A stretch of DNA of 64,000 nucleotides from Promethearchaeota archaeon (GCA_019894975.1 JAGXNO010000007.1:1-64000), one strand, 5' to 3'; shown: positions 10,561-20,228, numbered from the stretch's first letter. A program made the numbers and translations. Notes: generated by a model not told the origin, from the letters alone.

Positions 10561-10791
10561 ATGGTAAAAGTAAAAGACATTGAGAAACTCATGGATGATT
10601 TCATGATTGAACCAGAAGAAAAATTTATTGATTTAAAAAGATACCTTCTTAGTGAATTTGAATGGAAGGTAGATCCTCTAAAAAAATCTCAATTTATGAT
10701 AAGAGGTATTCCTATAGAAGATGATATAAAACTAGAAGACCTTTTAAATGCTTATCTGCCTGATGAAATAGTAATGCTTAAAGAAGTATAA
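10561..10791 (+). CDS. small ubiquitin-like (beta-grasp) protein lacking C-terminal GG
   Basis: Manual alignment to ubiquitin keeps VK, [VI]EP, K27, G47, ED, L.D and the hydrophobic core in register; GAGGG SD-like motif before ATG 10561 (alternative start 10549). Confidence 0.6.
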   Translation: MVKVKDIEKLMDDFMIEPEEKFIDLKRYLLSEFEWKVDPLKKSQFMIRGIPIEDDIKLEDLLNAYLPDEIVMLKEV

Positions 10792-10810
10792 GTTTGTGCC
10801 TTGAACCTAT

Positions 10811-11647
10811 TTATTCAAATATAATTGTTTTATTATTACTAATAAAAACTCTATCTTCAAAAACAAGCTTTAATGCTTTTGAAAGAGCCGTAATCTCGAC
10901 TTCTCTTCCAGCTTGTTTCATATCTTTTACAGTGTATTTATGATCAATGTGTACAATCTCTTGAACGATTATAGGTCCTTCATCCAAATCTTTACTGACA
11001 AAATGAGAAGTTGCTCCGATTATCTTTACTCCCCGCTTGAAGGCTTGCTCATATGGGTTTACTCCAGTAAATGCCGGTAAGAAGGAGTGATGGATATTAA
11101 TAATCCTGTTTTTGAATTTTGTCACAAATTTAGGAGTAAAAATTCTCATATATTTAGCGAGAACAAGGTAATCAGGTTTATATAATTCAACAAATTTCAA
11201 GATTTCCTGCTCGTGGTCTTCTCGGGTTTTATTTTGATGATTTGAAAAATGAAAGGGAACCTTAAATTTACTAACTAACGATTTTAAAACGGGATAATTA
11301 CTAATGATAGCAAGTAATTCAGCATTCATTTCATTATACTCATTCTTAATTAATAAATCTCCAAGACAATGATGCTCTTTAGTTGCAAATACTATAATTT
11401 TCTTTTTTTTCTGTTTAATAAGGTGGATATTTGAATTACTCGGTAATACATCACTCAATTGAGATTTAATAATTTTATTATTAATTTCTCCAGTAAAAGC
11501 AGAGCGCATGAAAAAATGGTTTGTTTCTTCCTCCACAAATTCACTATTGCTGATAATATTTAATCCTTGATTATAAAGTACTCCTGTAATTTTATGTATA
11601 AGTCCTTTCTCATCATTACAATCTACTAATAGAATATAGGTTTCCAT
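10811..11647 (-). CDS. purU: formyltetrahydrofolate deformylase
   Basis: N-terminal ACT (C.D.KGL), HCLGDLL, LAKYMRI, INIHHSFLPAF, GATSHFV, LDEGPII. Confidence 0.95.
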   Translation of the reverse strand: METYILLVDCNDEKGLIHKITGVLYNQGLNIISNSEFVEEETNHFFMRSAFTGEINNKIIKSQLSDVLPSNSNIHLIKQKKKKIIVFATKEHHCLGDLLIKNEYNEMNAELLAIISNYPVLKSLVSKFKVPFHFSNHQNKTREDHEQEILKFVELYKPDYLVLAKYMRIFTPKFVTKFKNRIINIHHSFLPAFTGVNPYEQAFKRGVKIIGATSHFVSKDLDEGPIIVQEIVHIDHKYTVKDMKQAGREVEITALSKALKLVFEDRVFISNNKTIIFE

Positions 11648-11840
11648 AAGTATTTCTTTCAAATCATTGTATTTAGAAAAATTCTTTTATTTTTTTAGTC
11701 ATTTAATAGCAAATTATGACTTTACTTTTTAATGACCTCAATGTAGATCTTCTAATTTAATCAATATTACCTAAAAAATCTTAAATCATTTTAAGTATAC
11801 TATAAATTAATTTTTAATTTTTTTGATGTGAAATTTATAG

Positions 11841-12656
11841 ATGAGTTCTGGATTTAGACTTCTCCGAGTAGAATATATTTTTTCTGTACTTATACCTTGT
11901 TTATTAAGCATATATTTGAATGGATATGATCTTAAATCCCATATTTGGATATTAAGTGGTTTCATATTTTATGCAATAACAGGAAATACTCTTAATGATG
12001 TAATTGATATGAGAGATCCAAATGAGGAGGAAACTCTTGAACGGGTTAAGGGATATAGCAGAAAAGAAATATCAGTAATATCGATTGCCAGTTTTATTTT
12101 AGGGACTTCATGTTTTATGAACGAAATATTAGAAAATCCATTATTAGCAATTTATCTAATATTGATAGTATTTATGGTTATTTTTTATTGCTTTTTCAAA
12201 TCTATAGTAATAATAAATCATATTATATTGGGGATCTCTCATATCGTTTTACCTTGGTTTATGATTAAGATTAATGCAGGAGATATATCTATAGCCTTCT
12301 TTCCAGAGCTTAATTTACCTGAATCATTGATATTGGCTTCTATTATTTGTGTTGCATTTATTGGACAGATGGTCCATGAAATGATTGATGGGGATTCTCT
12401 ATCCAAACTAAAACCAAAAACATCTCGATTAATAATATGGATTTCTTGCTCAATTTCATTATTTGTAGCAATTACTTCCTTTATTATTACAAAATACTTA
12501 GTCTTCATTCCTATAGTGTTCTTTCCTTTTGGGATTATGTACATATTCAGAAAGCCTAGAAATAATTTACTTGGGAGAACATCTCTAAAAGATACTGGCA
12601 TTTTATTAGGAAATTTGATGCTTGCCTATGTTTTTATCTTGATACTAGCATCATAA
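11841..12656 (+). CDS. UbiA-family prenyltransferase-like membrane protein
   Basis: First Asp-rich motif N.LND..D..D; degenerate second motif HEMIDGD; multi-TM. Confidence 0.7.
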   Translation: MSSGFRLLRVEYIFSVLIPCLLSIYLNGYDLKSHIWILSGFIFYAITGNTLNDVIDMRDPNEEETLERVKGYSRKEISVISIASFILGTSCFMNEILENPLLAIYLILIVFMVIFYCFFKSIVIINHIILGISHIVLPWFMIKINAGDISIAFFPELNLPESLILASIICVAFIGQMVHEMIDGDSLSKLKPKTSRLIIWISCSISLFVAITSFIITKYLVFIPIVFFPFGIMYIFRKPRNNLLGRTSLKDTGILLGNLMLAYVFILILAS

Positions 12657-12856
12657 ATTTAGATTTAATTCTTTTTTTTAGTAATTTCATAAACAGTTGG
12701 TTTTTAAATATGATCTGAAAATATCTCATAATTACCAAGACATTAAACTAATAGCAAACAGAATGAATTTTCCATTTTTTGAGAATTCATAAACCTATAA
12801 ATCAAATTAGCATTTTTGCTCAGGACAATGATTAGATTATATTAGAAAGGGGAATT

Positions 12857-14107
12857 ATGGTGTTAATCTCACAAAATCTTAATAGAATAAATTACATTCA
12901 ACAATATGATGAATTTGATTATTTAAAAAACTTTATTAAATCATTTGATAAAGGAACCTGTATGGGAATTTTATTGCATGGTCCCCCTGGCACAGGAAAG
13001 ACCCTTTTAGCAATTACACTAGCAAATTCTTTTAAAGCTCACTATTACATTATTGATGGTTCTCCTGATCTTGATAGGCGAGATATTGAAGGTTATTGGG
13101 AGATATTCAATGGAGAAACACAATTTAATTATGGACCATTAACGAAAGCTATTGAAGATGCTAATAAGGAGGGTATATCTTTTATTATCATTAATGAAGT
13201 TAATGCTATCAGGGAAAGCGAGCAAATTTCTTTAAATTCACTCTTATCTGAAAACCATGTTAACTTAATATCAAAGGGATTTGAAAGATACGAACTCAAT
13301 CCAAAAAGTAAGCTTGTTATAATTGGTACACTGAATAAAGGGGTTATTGGTATAAATAAACTACAAGAAGCGTTTGAAGACCGCTTTATTGTGAGTCCTG
13401 AAATAAATTATCCAATAAAACAAAAAGAAATTGAAATTGCTACTATAATTTCGGGTTGTGACAAGAATATCGCAGAACTTGTAGTTGATGTTGCAAGACA
13501 AATAAGAAAACAGGCTTTAAAAGACTTTTCAATAACAAAAATCTTCTCAACCAGGCTAATTGTAAATTTTTGCATTGTAATCTCAAGTATGTCTCCTAAG
13601 TTTCTAAGGCATAATATCGAAAATATAATTATTAACAAATTAGGAGAGAATCAAGAAGAGAAAAAGAGTATAGCCATGATTTTAGATGGTAAAATGTTTG
13701 AAGAAAAATTAAATAAATTGCTGAGGTCTGATGGGAAATCTAATGTTTCTCAAGAAGTAGAAATAGACTTAACCGAAGAAGAAGAGAATAAAAATATTAT
13801 TGCTATGAAAAAGCATGTTGATAAATACATCCAATTTTATGGCAGTACGAGTGTCTTTAAGAAAGATGGTAATATTATGTGGAAGTTTATCGAATGGTTT
13901 TGGTGCTATAATAGAAAAATTTTGAGAGACTATATACAGTTGACTAGAAAAATAGGATTGCATAATTTATACTCAAAAACCACAAGAAAAAATTATCTGT
14001 ATAACGGAGAAATAACTTTAAGTTATATAAGATGGCTCTATCAGAATAAGAAACAAGAATTGATGAATTTCATGAACATAGAATGTCCAATTTTTAATAA
14101 AATTTAA
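12857..14107 (+). CDS. MoxR/CbbQ/NorQ-like AAA+ ATPase with C-terminal extension
   Basis: Walker A GPPGTGKT, variant Walker B IIINE, GPL, AFEDRF (R-finger), STR sensor II. Confidence 0.88.
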   Translation: MVLISQNLNRINYIQQYDEFDYLKNFIKSFDKGTCMGILLHGPPGTGKTLLAITLANSFKAHYYIIDGSPDLDRRDIEGYWEIFNGETQFNYGPLTKAIEDANKEGISFIIINEVNAIRESEQISLNSLLSENHVNLISKGFERYELNPKSKLVIIGTLNKGVIGINKLQEAFEDRFIVSPEINYPIKQKEIEIATIISGCDKNIAELVVDVARQIRKQALKDFSITKIFSTRLIVNFCIVISSMSPKFLRHNIENIIINKLGENQEEKKSIAMILDGKMFEEKLNKLLRSDGKSNVSQEVEIDLTEEEENKNIIAMKKHVDKYIQFYGSTSVFKKDGNIMWKFIEWFWCYNRKILRDYIQLTRKIGLHNLYSKTTRKNYLYNGEITLSYIRWLYQNKKQELMNFMNIECPIFNKI

Positions 14108-14115
14108 ATCTAGTA

Positions 14116-16293
14116 ATGGTGATTCCTATATCCAATTTACTTGAGCTTTTTGAAAAAGATTTTATCTCAGATTCATTAGCCTTAACAAATACTGCCAAAA
14201 GAATTAGTGGTAACAATGATATTCTAATCAACTTCAACCAAAACTCTCACGTGGCTTTTACTGATGGGAAATTTATATATTTACCAAAAAATGTAAAGAG
14301 TGAAATCCCTGCTGCTCAAGGTTTAGTAGCCCATGAAAGCGGTCACATCGGTTATGGTTCATATGAATTATCCTTCATTAATTTAGTAAAAGTCATTAGT
14401 AAAAAATACATTTTACCAGAAATGCTTGTTAAAAAAATAATCAATGTTGTAGAAGATGTAAGAATCAATGTAATAAATAATATAAAATTCCCTGGTTTTT
14501 ATAAAAATTTGAGAGATCTTACCAAAAAATTATTGCCTGAGTTAAAATTAAGAATGAAAAAGTCGGGGGATATCCTAATATATATCAATCTATACATGGA
14601 AGATTATAAGGATTTTCAGAAAAAACCAAAATTTAGATCAAAAGTAATGTCTCAAGAAGATTGGAAAAGCATACATGTTGCCAAAACCTTTCTTTTAAAA
14701 ACGTTAACACCTGCATCCTCAATTATAACTATTGATCAGCTCTGTAAGATTTTGAAAAAATATTACAGAAAGAAAATTATCAGAAATATCCCGCAACATA
14801 TTCAACAATCTTCCCAAGAGAGGCATGAAAAATTAATTTATGATGAAGACTTTGGTTTTGATATTGTTGAAATTGAAAGGGGGTTTCCTTCAAAAGAAAG
14901 TTATGATTTAGAACCAGAATATGATATAGGCTCGGACGTTATGGAAGATCCTAGTTATTTTGACGAGTCTGAGTTTAATGCACGACGGGATTTTAGTCAT
15001 GTGGAAGAAGATCCTCTTTTAAACCATTATGAAGACTTCAGTGATAGAAATAAGGTAATGCAAGAAACAGAATTAAATATCACAAGTGAAAAACTTATAG
15101 AAAAAATAAAGGATTCAAATTTAAACACTAAAGATATTGAAAAGCTCATTGAAGAAATAGAGTCAATCAAAGAAGAGAAAAATGGGGAAGAGAAATCCGA
15201 AATAAATAAAAAAATTGAGAGCATCGATATTAATCCTGTCGAAATCACTGAAGAGTTTAAACAGATAATGGACTCAGAAATAAATGGAGAAGAAATTGTA
15301 AATGCAGAAAATCAGGCTGGTATAGATAGTGTAGAAGAATTATTATTAGAGAAATTAGGTAAATTCAAAAAAAAATTTGACGATTTTGAAACTCGGGGTT
15401 ATTTAGAGGAATTTATTGAAATTGTTACCGATGCTCATAATGCAATGGAAGATCGACTATTCGTAATTGAAAAGGGAATCAGTTTTGACAAATTAACAAA
15501 AGAAGGTCGTGAAAGACAGGTTAAAGAGATACGGATTGAAAACGAAACCATGAATCCGATTAAAATAACCCACAACCAAATTATAGGAACTTATAGGAAC
15601 CTAATTGCTAGGATTAAATTCATTTTTGGTGACTTTAAAAATCAAATTGATATTGATAACTTTCAAAAGAGGGGGAGATTAAATAATAAATTCATCAAAG
15701 CTGTTACCAGTGAGTTTAAGTATCAAAAATGCTTCTCAAGAAAAATTAACCAAAAAGAGCTTAAAATTCTTTTATTGGTAGATATTAGTGGAAGTATGAA
15801 AGGGATTAAATTGGAAGCGGCTAAAATTGCGATGATAATGTTATGTGAAGCACTTCATGAAATTGCTCAGCTCCGTATTGTGCTTTTTACGGGTGATTAT
15901 GATGCTTTAAACATTCTTTTGAAGGATTTTAATGAGAAACCAGATCCGAGAAAATTCGATAAGTTTGGATGTCATATTAATGTTTGTAGCAATTTAGACG
16001 GTGTTTCCATGAAACATGAAGCAAGTAAATTAGAAAAAGAAGTTTTGATTATTATTATATCAGATGGTCAACCAGCAGGATCAGGAAATTATGGATTATA
16101 TGATGCCATAAAAGAAATACACGATGTTAAAAAGATTTTTAAGGTATTTGCGTTTTCTATTGATGCTAATGGTGATTATTTAGATAAATTATATGATAAA
16201 AACTGGATTTTAACGAAGTCATCAGATAAAACAGATTTAGGAGAAAAATTAATCAAATTTTGTAAGCTTGTTGTTAAAGAGTTTTTTAGATAG
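14116..16293 (+). CDS. vWA (MIDAS) domain protein with N-terminal HExxH domain and acidic linker (CobT/NorD-like)
   Basis: AFTDG, AHESGH, N..ED.RI; D/E-rich middle; MIDAS DISGS and ISDGQP; 8 nt after the AAA gene. Confidence 0.85.
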   Translation: MVIPISNLLELFEKDFISDSLALTNTAKRISGNNDILINFNQNSHVAFTDGKFIYLPKNVKSEIPAAQGLVAHESGHIGYGSYELSFINLVKVISKKYILPEMLVKKIINVVEDVRINVINNIKFPGFYKNLRDLTKKLLPELKLRMKKSGDILIYINLYMEDYKDFQKKPKFRSKVMSQEDWKSIHVAKTFLLKTLTPASSIITIDQLCKILKKYYRKKIIRNIPQHIQQSSQERHEKLIYDEDFGFDIVEIERGFPSKESYDLEPEYDIGSDVMEDPSYFDESEFNARRDFSHVEEDPLLNHYEDFSDRNKVMQETELNITSEKLIEKIKDSNLNTKDIEKLIEEIESIKEEKNGEEKSEINKKIESIDINPVEITEEFKQIMDSEINGEEIVNAENQAGIDSVEELLLEKLGKFKKKFDDFETRGYLEEFIEIVTDAHNAMEDRLFVIEKGISFDKLTKEGRERQVKEIRIENETMNPIKITHNQIIGTYRNLIARIKFIFGDFKNQIDIDNFQKRGRLNNKFIKAVTSEFKYQKCFSRKINQKELKILLLVDISGSMKGIKLEAAKIAMIMLCEALHEIAQLRIVLFTGDYDALNILLKDFNEKPDPRKFDKFGCHINVCSNLDGVSMKHEASKLEKEVLIIIISDGQPAGSGNYGLYDAIKEIHDVKKIFKVFAFSIDANGDYLDKLYDKNWILTKSSDKTDLGEKLIKFCKLVVKEFFR

Positions 16294-16314
16294 TTCTCCT
16301 TAATTTAAATTAAG

Positions 16315-16896
16315 ATGACTAACAATATTCTCATATTTCTAAGACATGCTGAAACTAAAGTTGAAAAAGGAGTAAAAAATTCAGAGTGGTCACTCACTAC
16401 TAAAGGAAAATTGGATGCTCTAAAAATAGTAGAATCTAAACCTTTTGACAATATTAATATCATCATTGCGTCGGCTGAAGAAAAAGCTTTAAATACAGCC
16501 TATCCTTTAGCAGGGGAACTTAAAATAAAAATTCTGATAGAAGCAGATTTAAATGAAATAAAGCGAGATCATGGAAAATTTCTTGATACTCAAAGATATA
16601 TTATCACAATGAAGCAATGTATGACAATTAGAGACAAATCATTTAACAATTGGGAGACTGCAAACAATGCTTTAGAGAGATTTTCTAAAAAAATTGAAGA
16701 GATAGATTTTAAGCATGATCGCAAAAAGATATTAATTGTATCGCACGGAGTTGTCATTAACTTATATTTTGCAAAAGTTCTTGGGAAATTGGAAGATGTG
16801 TTTGATAGAGCTCAGACAAATACATTTTGTGATTATGGGATAATTCAAAATAATAATGTTATAAGAGATATTGCTACAAAAATCAGAAATCATTAA
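16315..16896 (+). CDS. histidine phosphatase (phosphoglycerate mutase-like) family protein
   Basis: RHAET, L.E, VSHG motifs. Confidence 0.85.
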   Translation: MTNNILIFLRHAETKVEKGVKNSEWSLTTKGKLDALKIVESKPFDNINIIIASAEEKALNTAYPLAGELKIKILIEADLNEIKRDHGKFLDTQRYIITMKQCMTIRDKSFNNWETANNALERFSKKIEEIDFKHDRKKILIVSHGVVINLYFAKVLGKLEDVFDRAQTNTFCDYGIIQNNNVIRDIATKIRNH

Positions 16897-17078
16897 TTTT
16901 ATTCTATTTTTTTTACTAATTCAGAATAGATGTAGTTTTTATATAGACTTCTGAAACTAATTTATATTAGCAAAATTCCAGAAATTAATTGAAAGGTTTT
17001 GAAAAAATGGCAAAAAAACCTGTAACTAAAAAATCAACTACATCTAAACCTCAACTCAAACAGCAAACATATTTAATA

Positions 17079-17381
17079 TCATAATACTCCAGTAAAAAAA
17101 CCTAGTATGAAATTGTGGAGCGTTAAAAAAAAACCAAGGACAATTATAAGAAAATAAAATGGTAAAATCCTTTCTGATTTGGAAACTGGTGGAGAGAAAC
17201 CTAACGGTACCATAATAATGGAAGGCAACATAGCCAAAAAAAACCAGATACTATTCTCAAGAATTAGTTCATAATAAGGCCAGCACCGAATCTCCACACA
17301 TTTAATTAAAATGAAGAAATTACTCGTGCCGATTACAATTAATAAGATACGTAATATCCAAAGTTTATTTGCCAGTTTCAT
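17079..17381 (-). CDS. small hypothetical membrane protein (3 TM)
   Basis: 100-aa ORF with three hydrophobic segments; no competing long ORF. Confidence 0.5.
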   Translation of the reverse strand: MKLANKLWILRILLIVIGTSNFFILIKCVEIRCWPYYELILENSIWFFLAMLPSIIMVPLGFSPPVSKSERILPFYFLIIVLGFFLTLHNFILGFFTGVL

Positions 17382-17617
17382 GTTTATTCTAATTTTTCTT
17401 AACGTGAATTTCTGAATATCTTTAGTTAAAAGTATCTATATTAATTTTATTGATTATCCTTCATTTAAAAATTATTAATTAATGAGAATGAACTAATAAA
17501 ATTAGAAGAGAATTTCAAATTTCTTAACCTTAAGGAATCTAAGATTACCTATAAAGCATCTTAATTCATAATTTTAGAGCATTAAAATTATATACTTTTA
17601 TGTAATAATATAATGAC

Positions 17618-18451
17618 ATGGACAAAATCTTATTTGCAGACATTAAAGGAGTAAAACTATGTTATAAATTAAAGGGTGAAGGATATCCAGTTTTTCTTAT
17701 ACACGGATTTGCTAAAAAAGAATTTTGGGTAGGACAGATTTCTGCTTTGTCTAGTCAATTTAAAGTGATATGGTTTGATAATAGAGGAGTAGGTTCTTCA
17801 GATCGTCCAAATATACCTTATACAATAGAAATGTTAGTAGAAGATCTGAAAGGATTGATGGATTTCCTTGAAATTCAAAAAGCTCATTTAATCGGTCACT
17901 CACTCGGAAGTTTCATAGCTCAAAATTTTGCTCTAATATATCCTGAACGGGTAGACAAACTAATACTTTTAAGCACGACTGCTGGTTTACCTGATAAAAA
18001 AGGAGTTGATATATTTAAGAATAATCAGATTGCTCTATATGAAGCAAGGGTAGTAGATCCTATCTTAGGTTTCTATACTAAGATGAAGGTAAGATTTACC
18101 CGGGAATTTCTTAAAATGATGAAATCTGAACCAACAAAGAAATTCTATGCAATTTTTTCTGCTGAAGACCTGATTAAAAGTGAAAATGTGAACCCTTGGA
18201 CTCTACAAGATATTGTAAATCATTCTTATGCCTTAGCAGATCATAATACATTAGATAACCTTCATAAAATTAAACATAAAACGTTGATAATAGCTGGTGA
18301 AAAAGATAGATTAACTCCAAAAATTTCAAATGAACAAGTTCAAAAAGAAATTCCCAATAGTGAGTTGAAGGTTATTTCAGGAGGTCATTATTTTCCATTG
18401 GAAAACGCACCTGAGGTTAATAAAATCATTATCGATTTTCTTAAAAGCTAA
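17618..18451 (+). CDS. alpha/beta hydrolase
   Basis: HGF, DNRG.G.S, GHSLG nucleophile elbow, GEKD, GH. Confidence 0.92.
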   Translation: MDKILFADIKGVKLCYKLKGEGYPVFLIHGFAKKEFWVGQISALSSQFKVIWFDNRGVGSSDRPNIPYTIEMLVEDLKGLMDFLEIQKAHLIGHSLGSFIAQNFALIYPERVDKLILLSTTAGLPDKKGVDIFKNNQIALYEARVVDPILGFYTKMKVRFTREFLKMMKSEPTKKFYAIFSAEDLIKSENVNPWTLQDIVNHSYALADHNTLDNLHKIKHKTLIIAGEKDRLTPKISNEQVQKEIPNSELKVISGGHYFPLENAPEVNKIIIDFLKS

Positions 18452-18468
18452 GTTACTTAATACTAATT

Positions 18469-19303
18469 ATGACAGAAGCTTTTGCTGATGTTAATGGTAT
18501 AAAAATTTGTTATAGTAGTCAAGGTGAAGGATTCCCGACATTCCTTCTTCATGGTTTTGGTTCCAAAAAAGAAGGATTCATGGCTCAAATCCCCGAATTA
18601 TCTAAATATTTTAGGGTTATCAGCATCGACTTACGTGGATCAGGAAAAAGTTCCAGACCTAACTACCATTACACTATGGATATGTTTGTGGATGATGTTA
18701 AAGGATTGATGGATTACTTATCAATAGAGAAAAGTAAATCTAATTGCTCATTCATTTGGAGGAGTAATTGCCCAAAACTTTATAGTAAAATATCCTAATA
18801 GTGTGAATAAACTGATTATCATAAATTCGTTAACAAAGATTCCTGATACGTATGATCCTGAACCCTATATACAGATGCGGATTAAGGGATTAGAACTCAG
18901 AAAAAAAGATCCCGTAAAAGCGTTTTGGGATAGTACTCAGTATGGATTTTATCCAAAATTTCGGCAAAAAATGCTGGATAATCCCAAGGAAAAGTTTTAT
19001 GGATTATGGTCCGCAGAAGACCTTATTGATTATTATAACACAAACCCCCCAACCCCACAAGATATTCGAAACATATCTTATTCTTTTAAAACCCATAAAG
19101 TTTTTAATAATTTGCACGAAATTACACAAGAGACACTACTACTTGCTGCATCTCATGATGTGCTTGTTCCCAAAGAAAGAATGATGGAGATTCACGATTT
19201 ACTACCAAATAGTACTTTAAAGGTAATAGAAAAAGCAGGACATGAGAGTCACAAACAATGCGCGCCAGAAATTAATCAAATCATTATTGAGTTCTTAAAA
19301 TGA
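18469..19303 (+). pseudogene. alpha/beta hydrolase interrupted by a +1 frameshift (extra A at 18730-18733)
   Basis: Removing one A joins the two ORFs into 277 aa reading IEKVNLIAHSFGGVIAQNFIVKYP, the same length as the upstream paralog. Confidence 0.85.
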
Positions 19304-19388
19304 GATTAAAACAAAATTATTAATTACTGAATTATTAGTAAATGTATCTCTAAGTTGAAAATTTTTGCTTATTTTGTGATGATTAAAG

Positions 19389-20228
19389 ATGAAAGAAGAA
19401 TTTGCACTTGTAAATGGTGTTAAAATTTGTTATGAAATTCAAGGAAAGGGAGATCCCATTGTCTTAATCCATGGATTTGGGGTTACTAAAGAGGAATGGA
19501 TAGGTCAATTTGAACCATTATCTCAATATTTCAAAGTAGTAAGATTCGATAATCGGGGATCGGGAAAATCTGATAGACCTAATACACCGTATACTATGGA
19601 ATTATTTGCTGATGATACTAGAGGATTGATGGACTTCTTAGAAATTAAAAAAGCACATATCATAGGCTGGTCAGTCGGTGGCATGATTGCCCAACATTTT
19701 GCGATCAAATATCCTGAAAGAGTAAATAAATTAATTTTAATAAACACTACAGCTGCTTGGCCTGAAGAAAAATCTGGGTTAGAACTATATAAAAATGCAC
19801 AAGTTGCTAGATATGAAGCAAGATTAAATGATCCAGTTAAAACTTTCTTTGATGCTGCAAAAATGGGATTTTCGAGAAATTTTCTGAAATTAATGAAGGA
19901 AGATCCTGAGAAAAAGTTCTACGGATTGTTTTCAGCAGAAGATTTAATTAAGAAGAGCACAATTAACCCTGCAAAACCACAAGATATTGCTAATCAAGCT
20001 CATGCACTCGGCACGCATAATGTCTTAGATAGGCTGCATTTAATAAATTCTGAAACAAAGATTATCTGTGCAGAAAAAGATAGACAAATGCCAAAATCAG
20101 TAAATTTAAAAATTCATGAGGGAATTCCAAATAGCGAATATATTGTAATTGAAGGCGTAGGGCATTCTTCTCCTCAAGAAAAAGCTCCAGAAATTAACAA
20201 GATGATAATTGAATTTTTGAAGAAGTAA
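19389..20228 (+). CDS. alpha/beta hydrolase
   Basis: HGFG, DNRGSG.S, GWSVGG, AEKD, GH; paralog of the two upstream genes. Confidence 0.92.
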   Translation: MKEEFALVNGVKICYEIQGKGDPIVLIHGFGVTKEEWIGQFEPLSQYFKVVRFDNRGSGKSDRPNTPYTMELFADDTRGLMDFLEIKKAHIIGWSVGGMIAQHFAIKYPERVNKLILINTTAAWPEEKSGLELYKNAQVARYEARLNDPVKTFFDAAKMGFSRNFLKLMKEDPEKKFYGLFSAEDLIKKSTINPAKPQDIANQAHALGTHNVLDRLHLINSETKIICAEKDRQMPKSVNLKIHEGIPNSEYIVIEGVGHSSPQEKAPEINKMIIEFLKK

